Source: an uncultured cyanobacterium (lineage in GTDB: Bacteria; Cyanobacteriota; Cyanobacteriia; Leptolyngbyales; Leptolyngbyaceae). From it: a stretch of DNA of 64,000 nt. Shown here in pieces: positions 32,520-43,500 of the stretch. The stretch lies in the NCBI GenBank assembly GCA_963766075.1, contig CAVYAN010000074.1, positions 1 to 64,000 of the forward strand, read 5' to 3'. Position 1 is the first letter of the stretch. Each line of letters opens with the position of its first letter. Position numbers and translations under genes: made by a program. Under the pieces are notes generated by a model, which saw nothing but the letters and a program-made list of their open reading frames with translations, ran no database searches and was not told where the DNA came from.

Positions 32520-32799
32520 CCAGATCCCCGGGATTTCTAAAAATCCCGGGGATCTGGCCTTCTGTGGGTAGCCAAGACTCTCAGTAATAATCGCGATAAT
32601 CGCGGTGAGATTTTCCCATGATGTTTTATGGACTACCCAGGCATTGAAGGGTTAGTGAGTTGTAGATTGGGAAGCCCATTCTCGTATAGTCACCCACAAA
32701 GCCGACAGGGAGAAGCCTTGGAGTTGTAGGCGCAAGTTGCCAGTATTGGAGGATTCTTAGGATAGATCCCTGGGATTTTTAGAAATCCCGGGGATCTGG
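32520..32799. repeat. Inverted pair of REP-like palindromes about 205 bp apart
   Basis: CCAGATCCCCGGGATTTCTAAAAATCCCGGGGATCTGG (32520-32557) and its near reverse complement at 32764-32799. Confidence 0.85.
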
Positions 32800-33333
32800 A
32801 TATTCGCTCTGGATATTCGCCAAGTCGCAAAGAAATTTGTTCTAGCCAATTGCTTTGATCCCGAATTTGCGCGACTTCGGTTCGACCAACCTGAGTTGGA
32901 GGAAATAGTGCCAATTTGAGCGGTTGAAGTTTATAAAGTGCTCATAGGAGGGAGAAGGTCCGATGCCAGGAAGACTGCGATCGCGAAATTCTCTGGTTCT
33001 CAGGCTGAATTCTAATGGCGATCTCGAACCCCAATCTGCATAACCTGATCCATCAACAGCGATAGATGACTATAGGGGCCAATCAGTTGTGCTGCCGTCT
33101 CCGGCGGGCTTGGCTGATGACCATTAAACGAATTGCGATTTTATCCATTCCTACCCATAGTCAAGCCATGCTATCTACTCCAACCACACTTGTGCAGTCG
33201 AATCCTCTCACCGCATTTCCCACTACTATACCAACGACTTTAGGAAATACTGACACATCACTTAGGCGTTGTTGCATGAATCAACTCAGTCATAAGTCCC
33301 GGGGTAGAACTGAAGCTGTAGACCATCCAGTTA

Positions 33334-34224
33334 CTAGATTGATTCGGTTTTTGCGATGTCGAGGAATTGCGGGAGAATGCTAGAAGCATGCTCCCGTCGC
33401 CAAACGGCGGTTAATTGATGGGCCGATGTCTTCTCTTGAATGGGACGATAGACAACGCCTTTGCGACGGAGATTCTGCACGCTAGATGGCAGAATACTGA
33501 TGCCAATGTTGCCAGCAACCAATCCTAAAATCGTGACCATAAAGACCGCCTCTTGAGCCACCTTAGGCACAAATCCCGCTTGGGTGCAGAGATAATAAAT
33601 TTGCTCCGGCAATCCAGACACGACTGGACGAAGGGGCATCACAAATTCTTCATCCGCGAGATCCGCCAGCGAAATCTTAGCGTGGGCAGCTAAGGGATGA
33701 CTTTGGGGCAAAACCGCCACCAGGGTTTCCTGGGAGAGCGGCATCATGGCCAAATCATGGGCTTCTGCAACGTCATGGACTTGGTAGACAAAAATGATAT
33801 CCGTTTGGCGATCGCGCAATCCCTGAAGTTGGAAAGCGCTATTTTCTTCCCGCAAAATCAGTTTAATCTCGGGATAGCGTTGCCGAAACGTGCGGAGGAT
33901 ATTGGGTAAGACTCCATTGGCGATTGAGCTAGTGAAGCCGATGGTGAAGCAGCCCAATTCCCCTTGGTGAACCCGTTGAGCCTTCTGTACCGCTTGTTCC
34001 AACTGGGCTAGGGTCGAACGCGCTTCTTCTAGAAATACCTGTCCCGCTGGAGTGACCTGAAGGGGGCGCTTCTTGCGGTCAAATAGCCTCACACCCAATT
34101 CAGCTTCTAATGCCTGAATTTGCTGACTCAGCGGCGGTTGAGCCATCTGTAATCGCTCTGCCGCACGACTGAAGCTCAGTTCATCGGCGACGGTGACAAA
34201 GTAGCGGAGATGGCGAAGTTCCAT
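33334..34224 (-). CDS. LysR-family regulator (BenM/HcaR-like)
   Basis: MELRHLRYFVTVADELSFSRAAERLQMAQPPLSQQIQALE. Confidence 0.95.
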   Translation of the reverse strand: MELRHLRYFVTVADELSFSRAAERLQMAQPPLSQQIQALEAELGVRLFDRKKRPLQVTPAGQVFLEEARSTLAQLEQAVQKAQRVHQGELGCFTIGFTSSIANGVLPNILRTFRQRYPEIKLILREENSAFQLQGLRDRQTDIIFVYQVHDVAEAHDLAMMPLSQETLVAVLPQSHPLAAHAKISLADLADEEFVMPLRPVVSGLPEQIYYLCTQAGFVPKVAQEAVFMVTILGLVAGNIGISILPSSVQNLRRKGVVYRPIQEKTSAHQLTAVWRREHASSILPQFLDIAKTESI

Positions 34225-34231
34225 AAGCGGA

Positions 34232-34256
34232 ATACTATATCTTTTAGGTATAGTAT
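34232..34256. promoter_or_regulatory. Putative LysR recognition site
   Basis: ATACTATA-N9-TATAGTAT perfect dyad containing ATAT-N7-GTAT, close to the BenM/CatM ATAC-N7-GTAT box; just upstream of the lysR start. Confidence 0.65.
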
Positions 34257-34436
34257 CTTAACAAAAAATGGTCTGGACATATAGCAAGAGCTTCTTTATT
34301 GTAGGAAGAACACGCATAGGAGAGACAAGCGCAGAAAGAGAACTGATAGAGCACTCATAGACGGGACAGTGACAACGGTGTGAGCCGCATGGCTCACTAA
34401 TGCTGAGACACTAATGCTGAGCGAGGTTCGTCCATC

Positions 34437-35330
34437 ATGTCAGATTTAATTCGGCGCGTTGCTATTGTCGGTGGCACCCATGGAAACGAGTTAACGGGCG
34501 TTTATTTAGTCAAGAAATTCGAGCAGTTTCCGGAACTTCTGCATCGACCCAGCCTTGAATGCATCACTTTATTAGCCAATCCTAAAGCCATAGCGGCCAA
34601 TCGACGATATATCGATCGCGACTTGAACCGTTGCTTTGCTAACGAAGATTTGGCAAATCCAGAATTGACGAGTTATGAAGACAGACGAGCCAAGGCGATC
34701 GCGGCAAAACTGGGGCCAAAGCATCAGCCTAGCACTGACATCATCATTGATCTGCACAGCACAACCGCCAATATGGGATTGACTATTTTATCCTCGAGTC
34801 GGCATCCCTTTAATCTCCGCCTAGCCGCCTATCTGAGTACGCTACATCCGGCAGTGCGCATCTGTTACGGCATCGCCTGTGATCAAGACACCCCCATGCT
34901 GCGATCGCTGTCTCCCCTGGGCTGCACGATTGAAGTGGGTGCGATCGCCCAGGGTGTCCTAAATGCAGAATTCCTCCAGCATACTGAAATGCTAGTTCAC
35001 GCCATCTTAGACTATCTGGACGCAATGAATCAGGGAAAGCCGTTGCCCGTTCCATCTAATTTGATGGTGTATCAGGTGATTTCATCAGTAGATTATCCTA
35101 GAAATTCATCCGGAGAACTGCAAGCGATGATTCATCCCCAGCTCCAGTGCAAAGACTATGAACCGTTACAGCAGGGTCAGCCCCTATTCCTCCGGTTTAC
35201 GGGAGAATCAATTTTCTATCAAGGAGAACCGATTGTTTACCCCGTTTTTATTAACGAAGCAGCCTATTACGAAAAAAATATCGCCCTGATCCTGACTGAG
35301 AAACAGCACCTTCAGCTTGACGCGGCATGA
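34437..35330 (+). CDS. Aspartoacylase (M14 family)
   Basis: GGTHGNE, RYIDRDLNRCF, DLHSTTANMG, TIEVG, PVFINEAAYYEK. Confidence 0.93.
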   Translation: MSDLIRRVAIVGGTHGNELTGVYLVKKFEQFPELLHRPSLECITLLANPKAIAANRRYIDRDLNRCFANEDLANPELTSYEDRRAKAIAAKLGPKHQPSTDIIIDLHSTTANMGLTILSSSRHPFNLRLAAYLSTLHPAVRICYGIACDQDTPMLRSLSPLGCTIEVGAIAQGVLNAEFLQHTEMLVHAILDYLDAMNQGKPLPVPSNLMVYQVISSVDYPRNSSGELQAMIHPQLQCKDYEPLQQGQPLFLRFTGESIFYQGEPIVYPVFINEAAYYEKNIALILTEKQHLQLDAA

Positions 35331-35424
35331 TTCGCCTGGGCTAGAGCGTTGTTTGTTGATCGGTTTAGGAGTCATTTTTAGGAGTAACGATATGAGTGAT
35401 GCCCACGCACTTGTCATGGACTTC

Positions 35425-35622
35425 ATGAGCTTTCAGAACTTAGCACTTTACAATCGGATCCAGCAGTTTGAACTCGATCAGCCCCATGCTGCCCTGCCCT
35501 TCAGCAAACGATTGGCCAAAACTAATCAATGGTCGGCGCACGCCTTTAGAACCACAGCGATCGCCTCTACCCATGACCCAGTAGAAAAAGCCCCCCACGT
35601 CTATTGTCAAGATCACTTGTAG
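35425..35622 (+). pseudogene. Probable N-terminal remnant of a glycine-rich-domain-type protein
   Basis: LYNRIQQFELDQPHAALPFSKRLAKTNQWS resembles the family N-terminus as I recall it; the resemblance stops after about 38 aa. Confidence 0.5.
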
Positions 35623-35904
35623 CTCAGGGCGCATGAGAAAAAATTGACCTCGCGAGGACGCGCAGGGGCTAACTACAGTGTGGGGGCAGTGATCACGTAT
35701 CTGCCTTCTGTTTTGAGGCCCTGGGTCCTTCAGCCCTTTGCCTGCACTGGGTTGTGGTCTCCGCTGTCCATCTTGCCAAAAATATTTTTCAGTGTTGCGG
35801 GGAGAGTCTGCATAAACTGCGATCGTCCCCGTAGAAAACTACTAGCAGCCTCAACGCTGCGACTGCTCAACTTAAAGGGAAAACACCATTTTAAGGAAAA
35901 AACC

Positions 35905-38118
35905 ATGGTATTTTCGACTACTTCAGAACGCCCCCTCACAACCAGTCTTGGCGGTAACTCCGCTGATACCAACCGTTTGGCAACCAGTCCGCTGACCGAC
36001 TCCCGCGCCAATCCCCTTCAATCCGAAACCGGGCTACTATCGAGTTCTGCCGATCCATTGGCAGTCTCGCCAGGAGTGAGAGTCACCCTGACAGACTTCG
36101 TTGGCAATACAGCACAAACAGCGCATCGCTTAGGCGATCTCAACAACGCCACCTATCGGTATACTGAGTCGGTCAGCAGCACCGATATCAACGATTTCTA
36201 TGGCTTCCGTCTGAACCAGGACGCCACAGTCACGTTGAGTTTGACCGGCATGAGTGCAGACGCCGACCTTTATTTATTAGATGGCGCTGGCAATACTACA
36301 GCCGTCTCCGATCAGTTTGGGAGCACCAATGAATCAATCAGTCGCTTTTTGAGGGCTGGGGTGTATTACGCCCAAGTGAGCGCCTTCGCCGGGTCTAGTA
36401 CGTCTTACGACATCGGCGTTAGTGTTGGAGGCACGGATCTTGATCCCGGTGGCAGCTTGAATAATGCCCGCGACTTAGGCAATCTGAGCCGCAGCGCGTG
36501 GAATGTGAATAACACCGTGGGCACGGGTGACCTGAATGATTACTATCGCTTTGACCTGAGTGAGAATGGGAACTTTCGACTCAATTTAAGTGGCTTGAGC
36601 AGTGATGTTGATGTGGCTTTGTATAACCGCACCGGTAGCTTCATTACGGCTTCTAGCAATGCTGGCACCAGCACAGAAGCCATTAATCGATTTCTGGATG
36701 CGGGGACTTACTACATTCGGGTTTATCCGTGGAGCGGCAGCAGTGACTATACCTTGGGCGTAAGCACCGATACGCCTTCCTATTACGGCACCCGCACGCT
36801 GACCGGGACGTTGGGGGCCGACACGTTTGACGTGACTGGAAACTATACCCGCACAGTGATTTCCGGCAGCGGCAACGTCGATTTTGGCACGGGCCGACGA
36901 GATGTGTTGGATTTATCTGGATTACTCTCTAACAGTGTGTCGATTAACTACAGCAATACAACAGGCGGCGGTGTTTTCTATGACCCTGGCAATGGCACAA
37001 GGGTTTTTGATTCCATTCTCTTTAACGATGGTCGTCAAGTTTTATTTGAAGGGATTGATCAAATTCGCTTTCGCGATCGCACCATCAATCTCTCAATTAC
37101 GCCTAACGATCCTCTATTCAGTCAGCAGTGGAACCTGGGCATGATGGGGGTACAGAATGCATGGCGGTTTACCACAGGATCTGACCAAGTGATGATTGGC
37201 GTCCAGGACACGGGGTTAGCACTCACCGCCCAAGGACGCGCCCCCGATGATTTACAGCGCCGTTACTGGTTCTGGACCGCCAATGATTACGACGATGACT
37301 TTTTTCGCGCAATTCCAGGGCCTTTTTATGGACCGCAATCAACGTCCCATGGGACGTCTGTTCAAAGCATCATTGCGGCAGACAGCAATAATGGCCGAGG
37401 CATGAGCGGCATCAATTGGACCTCGGAGGTTTATGTTACTGATGTTTTAGATGGCAATCCGGGGGATCTTTCACTGGCCCAGGCCACGCGTTCGATGGCG
37501 GGTTGGGCTGCCAGTCAAGGCCAGCGATTGGTGATTAATATGAGTCTCGGCTCGAGTGGCTTTAATCAAACGGGCATTGAGCCAGAGTTTGAGGCGACAG
37601 TGGCCGCCAACCCCAACGTACTGTTTGTAATTGCCGCCGGGAACGATGGCAATGAAGGCAGAGTTGGGCTATCTTATCCAGCGACTTTAGCCAATATCTA
37701 CAGCAACGTGATGGCGGTGGGAGCCTCCTGGGGCCGGACAGATTACTATGGCAATCCCCAAACTCCTGGCACGCGGATTGAGTATTCTAATTGGGGATCG
37801 CAGTATGGGAAAGGATTAACGCTGATGGGACCATCAGAGGTCACGGCATTGTCTGCCACCCGTTTTGCTGGGCCAGTCTCCTTTGACTACACTTCTCGAT
37901 TTAATGGTACGTCCGCCGCTGCTCCGAATGTCACTGGAGTGGCCTCACTGGTCTGGAGTGCGAACGCTAACCTATCGGCTACCCAAGTGCGGGAGATTTT
38001 GTCACAGACAGCGACGGATTTAGGCAGCGCGGGCTATGACCAGTACTACGGCAATGGTTTTGTGAATGCCGATGCCGCTGTGCGACGGGCGATCGCGATA
38101 GGTGCGGGCTATGCATAA
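35905..38118 (+). CDS. Subtilisin-like S8 peptidase with N-terminal PPC repeats
   Basis: PPC repeats (DINDFYGF...LTGMSADADLYLLD; DLNDYYRF...GTYYIRV); catalytic DTG, SHGTSV, AAGND, FNGTSAAAPNV. ATG 35905 follows an AAGGA RBS. Confidence 0.9.
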   Translation: MVFSTTSERPLTTSLGGNSADTNRLATSPLTDSRANPLQSETGLLSSSADPLAVSPGVRVTLTDFVGNTAQTAHRLGDLNNATYRYTESVSSTDINDFYGFRLNQDATVTLSLTGMSADADLYLLDGAGNTTAVSDQFGSTNESISRFLRAGVYYAQVSAFAGSSTSYDIGVSVGGTDLDPGGSLNNARDLGNLSRSAWNVNNTVGTGDLNDYYRFDLSENGNFRLNLSGLSSDVDVALYNRTGSFITASSNAGTSTEAINRFLDAGTYYIRVYPWSGSSDYTLGVSTDTPSYYGTRTLTGTLGADTFDVTGNYTRTVISGSGNVDFGTGRRDVLDLSGLLSNSVSINYSNTTGGGVFYDPGNGTRVFDSILFNDGRQVLFEGIDQIRFRDRTINLSITPNDPLFSQQWNLGMMGVQNAWRFTTGSDQVMIGVQDTGLALTAQGRAPDDLQRRYWFWTANDYDDDFFRAIPGPFYGPQSTSHGTSVQSIIAADSNNGRGMSGINWTSEVYVTDVLDGNPGDLSLAQATRSMAGWAASQGQRLVINMSLGSSGFNQTGIEPEFEATVAANPNVLFVIAAGNDGNEGRVGLSYPATLANIYSNVMAVGASWGRTDYYGNPQTPGTRIEYSNWGSQYGKGLTLMGPSEVTALSATRFAGPVSFDYTSRFNGTSAAAPNVTGVASLVWSANANLSATQVREILSQTATDLGSAGYDQYYGNGFVNADAAVRRAIAIGAGYA

Positions 38119-38198
38119 CCCTAACGTTTCCACAGTACCGTAGCATCACAGCCAGAAATATCCTGCCACGCCCTGCCCCTGCCCGCCCTTGGCCCTTG

Positions 38199-38789
38199 CT
38201 AAATTTCGTAATGCCAGAACTCATACTCCTTGAGCACAATCCGGTGTAGGGGCAGCCGTTTAATTAATCCCTGATCCTCAAACTGTCCTAATATGCGCGT
38301 AACAGTGACGCGGGTTGTTCCCATCAGTTCAGCGAGGTCTTGGTGAGTCAGACGCAGATCAATCAGGTTCCCCATTTCCTCAGCACGCCCAAACCGCTTT
38401 GCCAACCATCCCAGCAATTTCAGCAGCATTGTATCGACACGGCGATAGCTCCGAATCACAATTAAGGCTTCAGCTTGTTGCAAATGCGCCAAAGCCCACT
38501 CGCTGGGAATTTGGCCGTTTTCCACAGCAACCACAGTGGCCTCAACCGGGGTTAAGCAATCAGCCTGATAGGGGTCAACCGTGGATAATGCCTGACCAAC
38601 CACATCGCCCGGACCCCATAGGCCCGTGGTGACGGGTGTGCCATCCTCCAGCCAAGTCAAGGTGCGAACCACGCCCACTTCAATTTTCCACAGGGAATGC
38701 TGCTTGATAGGCAAGGGCGATCGCAGGGAAAATTTTTGCCGGTGCGGTTGAGCATCTCGAAACGGAGAGGAAAAAGCCAGGGACATCAT
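38199..38789 (-). CDS. Crp/Fnr-family transcriptional regulator
   Basis: GVVRTLTWLEDG...GLWGPGDVVG; HTH LTHQDLAELMGTTRVTVTRIL. Confidence 0.92.
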   Translation of the reverse strand: MMSLAFSSPFRDAQPHRQKFSLRSPLPIKQHSLWKIEVGVVRTLTWLEDGTPVTTGLWGPGDVVGQALSTVDPYQADCLTPVEATVVAVENGQIPSEWALAHLQQAEALIVIRSYRRVDTMLLKLLGWLAKRFGRAEEMGNLIDLRLTHQDLAELMGTTRVTVTRILGQFEDQGLIKRLPLHRIVLKEYEFWHYEI

Positions 38790-39086
38790 TAAAACACTAT
38801 TTGTCGATAGAGTAACCGTAGTATACTACGACATCCCGAGAAGTGGCACGCAAATCACGGCCAAGGTCCGCAAAGCGCTACAAATCTGGCTCATCTTCCA
38901 GGCTAATTTCGCAGTGAGAGAGCAAAAAACTGGAGTGCAGAGAGGCTAGGCAGGAAGAAATACCCACCACCGCCTACCGTGGCAAAGCGGGGCCTGTGAT
39001 TGACTCTTTCGCGAATCGAATGGCGAGGAAGTGTCATGACGCCCTAACCATCGTTGCCCCCCAATTGGGTCTTTTGGGATCATGGC

Positions 39087-40411
39087 CTAAAGCGGCATCT
39101 GGATCAGAAATTCGGTTTCGGGGTGTGTGGCCTCGTGATACGTGAGGCGACCCTGATGCAGGTCTTCAATGATTCTCTGGCTAATGGCTAATCCTAGCCC
39201 AATGCCCTGCCCCGCCGTGCGGGTAGTGAAAAAGGGTTCAAATATAGCACTTTGATGATCTTCAGCTATGCCCATACCATTATCCTTAAAACTAATGCTG
39301 AGCATATTACCGTTCGCAATTTCAGCGCGAATCGAAATTTCGGGCTGCTGGGTAGAGTATCCGCCTTTACTAATTTTTTCGTCGATCGCATCGATCGCGT
39401 TACACAATAGATTGAAAAATACCTGGTTGAGCTGATCGGCATGACACCGAATCAGAGGCAATTCTCCAAATTCTTTTTTGACCTGAATGGTAATACCGTC
39501 GGCTCTAGCCGTTAAGCGATGTTGCAGAATGCTAAGCACAATATCAATGCTCTCCGCTAAAACCACGTCTTTAACGCCCGCTTCATCGAGACGGGTGAAA
39601 CTCCGTAACGCCAGCACAACTGAGCGGATCCAGCGGCCCCGCTGCCTATGGAGCCCATGATATTCGTTAAATCTGAGGTGAGAAATTTCAGGTCAATCGC
39701 ATCAAGGTAGGCAGCAATATCTGGATCTGCTACGGAATATTTTTGCTGATACAGGTCAATCAAAGTTAGTAAATCATCAACATATCCCTGCACAGGTTGG
39801 ATATTACAAGCAATAAAGCTGAGCGGATTGTTGATTTCATGGGCAACCCCCGCAACCACTTTTCGGAGAGTAGCCATTTTCTCCTGCTGGACAAGATGCA
39901 TTTGGGTAATTTTCAGCTCTTCCAGCGTGTCTTTTAACTGCTGATTTTGCCCCGTGAGTTCTTTCTGGAGCATTTGAATGGTTAATTGCGTTTGAATTCT
40001 AACCAGCACCTCTTCTAAGTAGAAGGGCTTGGTAATATAGTCCACTGCACCCTTTTGAAAGGCTTTCACCTTATCGATCGCTTCATTCCCCGCACTGAGA
40101 AACAGAATCGGGATGGTCGCTGTGGATGGATCTTGCTTCAAAGCATGGCAAACCTCATACCCACTAATATCCGGTAGATTGACATCGAGCAAAATCAAGT
40201 CTGGCGGCAGTGCCTGAACCGTCTTTAGGGCCATTTGGCCACTAATGGCTTTGCGAACTTCATAGCCTTGGTCAAGCAAAAAGCTGGACAGAAAGCGAAT
40301 ATTGTCAGGGATATCATCCACAATTAAAATGCTGGCGGGCTGACTGGCAGATGGCTGGGTTTGAGGAGATTGTACGGGCATCGCAACGGGTAGAGAAGGG
40401 ATTGCTGACAT
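39087..40411 (-). pseudogene. REC-HisKA-HATPase hybrid kinase split by a -1 frameshift near 39631
   Basis: ORF 39557-40411 carries REC and HEINNP; ORF 39087-39617 carries LNQVFFNLLCNAIDA, DNGMG, GLGLAIS. Adding one base gives continuous GSGAxRIRSVVLALRSFTRLDE. Confidence 0.85.
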
Positions 40412-40529
40412 AGAAAATAGTGTGACGGTAGTTCACATTAAAGTTACAGAAAAAATTAGCAGCCCCAATTCGTGGGCAATTTCAACTTGGCCATGACTTA
40501 CTCGCAGTCAATGGCGGGAGGGGACTGGA

Positions 40530-43500
40530 TTAGCCCGCAGGAGCCGAGGAGAGACCCGCAACAGTGACATCGGTAATTTTGTCAAATTGAAAGTTTTCGG
40601 CTAGGCGCTTGAGGATCTTGGCCAGTGCGGGATGGTTGGCAGCAATATCCTCGGTGAGCTTCACGATTTGCAGATCATTGCCGTGAACAGCCGCCCAATG
40701 AAGGCGCTCGATCCAGTCGGAGGATGGCCCTTGGAGCAGGGTTGGCTGCAGAGTTTGAGGCTCTGCCGTCGATAATGCCTGGGCTGTCGAATCATCGGAC
40801 AAAGCCTGATAGAGATAGTCCACGTTGAGGTGGCGGGCGATTTTTTCAAAGATTTCTTGGACTTTGAAGGGCTTATGGATGAAGTCATCGCAGCCTGCGG
40901 CCATCATTTCTTGCCGCTGCTCGGCAAACGCGCTGGCCGTCAGGGCAATCACTTTCGTGCGTGGTTTCCTAGGAGGGTTTTGGGCTCCATGGGGCTCGGC
41001 TTCATGCTGCTGGGCTTCTAGGGCTCGCAACTTTTCCACGGCCTCCTGCCCATTCATGATCGGCATCCGCATGTCCATAAAAATCAAGTCGGGATGCCAC
41101 GTTTGCCAAAGATCGATCGCGGCCTGCCCATGGGTAGCTTCTTGCAGCTCAAAACCAACACTACCCAGCAGTTTGGTCAACAGTAACCGATTGGTAGGAT
41201 TGTCTTCGGCAATCAGGATGCGGTAGGCGGGCTGTTGGGGAGCTAACCCAATCACGTTGCCTGCGATCGCAGTTTTCACCTCGGCCACAGCAGTTTCATC
41301 CGCTGTCACCGCAATGCAAAAGGAAAAGAGGCTGCCTTGGCTAAGCTGACTCCGCACCGCAATGCCGTTACCCATCATTTGGGCGTATTTCTGGCTAATG
41401 GCTAAACCTAATCCGGTGCCTTCGGTGGCCGTTGCCCCCGATCGCGTTTGTTCAAAGGGCTTAAAGAGCTGTTTAAGTTCCTCAGGAGCAATACCGGGGC
41501 CAGTATCTTCAACTTCAAATTGCAGGGTAATGGCATTCGTGGGGCGATCGCCCCGGCCTCATCCTCCAGCCTCTTGGCCCGCAGGGTGACTGTGCCCTGG
41601 GCGGTAAATTTAATGGCATTGCCCAATAAATTGATCAGAATCTGGCGGAGTTTTCGCTCATCCGTGTGGATCACCGGGGGCAGGCTCGGATCGTACTCCA
41701 GGTGAAATTGTAACCCCTTCGAGGCCGCGCGAAAATGCAGCATATCTCTGAGGCTGTCAAGTAAGTGATGAAGAGCGCAGCGGCCTGCGTGAAAGGTCAA
41801 CATGCCTGCCTCAATTTTCGACATTTCGAGAACGTCGTTAATCAGTCCTAACAGGTGTTCGCCACTGTTGCCAATGGTTTCTAGGTAGCGCTGGTGCTCG
41901 GCGGTCAGGGCTTGATCGCGATGCATTAATTGCGTCAAGCCCAGGATCACATTGAGGGGGGTGCGCAGTTCGTGGCTCATACTGGCCAGAAATTCACTTT
42001 TGGCCCGATTGGCGGCATCGGCAGCATCTTTGGCATAGCCGAGTTGCTCGGCCTGTTCCTGGGTTTGGGCCAACAGTTCGGCTTGCTGTACAGCGACCCC
42101 GAGCTGATTGCTGATCTGCATGACCATTTGAATTTCTGGCCCTTGCCACTCCCGTGCTCCACCATTTTGATAGTTGGCCAGCAAGCCCCAGAGCTGATTC
42201 CCACAAAAAATTGGGGCTGTGATGTAAGCTCGCGCCTGCAAGGATTCCAGCAATTCCAGGTAGCATGCCTCAAATCCGGCTTGATAAATGTCGGAAATGC
42301 AGCAATAGCTGGACTTCTGGTTATACTGTCCACCCTCATTCTCTTGCAGATAGGTATCCTGAATCAGCACTTCACTGCCGTCTAGACGCTTCACAACGCA
42401 GTGCGTTTGATTAATCGCCGCCTGCGTTAGCTCTCGGTCTTCAACCCGAATTGGGATGACGGTATCCCAGCCCGCCGCCACCGACTCCGCCACCACTTGA
42501 CCGCTCCAGTCCGGGTTAAAGCGATAGATCAGGGTGCGATCGCAGCCAATGGCTTGGCGCAATTCCTGGGTAGTGGTGTGGAAAATGGTTTCCAGGTCTA
42601 GGGTTTCGCGCATGCGCTGCACCATTCGGGCCATGGCCCGCGCGCGTTCGGCAGTCTGGTGAAGTGCCACTTCTGCCAGCTTGCGGTCAATGCCCACAGC
42701 GATCGCCGTAGCCACCGAAGCCATTTCCTTGAGGGTGCGTTCCGGCAGGGGATGACGGGCAAAAAAGGCGACCACTCCCAGCAGCCGATTTTGGATGGTG
42801 AGGGGATACCCGGCAAAGGCTACTATGCCTTCCCGCTGCGCCCACTCCTGATCCAGCACCTGGGGATCGGTTGCCACCTGATTGGTTAAGTGGGGTTGGC
42901 GGTGTTGGGCAATCCACCCAATCTTGAACTGACCCACCGGGATGCGGCCATGGCGGCCATTGAGATGGGTATAGAGGCCCGCACTGGCCTGGAGGGTGAG
43001 AACTTGCTCAGGCTCATTGATTGTCCAAATGCGGGCAAAGGCGGCATCCAAATGTTGATGCAGGGCGATCGCACAGCGATTGAGCATATCCTGCAATGAG
43101 GTCCCTTCGGTCAGGGCGGTGCCAATATCGGCACGCAGTGCGGCTAACTGCATTTGCTGGAACTGTTCGGCAGCGGCCTGCTGGCGATCCGTAATGTCAT
43201 AGATCATGCTCAACAGACAGGGTTCGCCCCGCAGTTCAATTTTTTCAAAGGAGGCCATGCCTTGCCGCACTTCACCGGAACGGACCGTAAAGGGGACGTC
43301 CAGTTGGACAGATTGCTGCTGCTGCAAGGCTTGAATCAAGAAATTGCGATCAGACGGGTTGGCCCAGATCTGTAATTCACTGGAGGTTTTGCCCATGATT
43401 TCTTCACGGCTGTAGCCAAATAAATTGAGGAAACTGGTATTGACATCCAGAAACTGCCCCGCTGTTAAGGTGGAGATGCAGCAGGCGATCGGGTTGGAGT

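Noticed and set aside
35644..35904. Upstream TTG start for the S8 protease
   Set aside because: ATG 35905 has a good RBS and the extension has no signal-peptide character.
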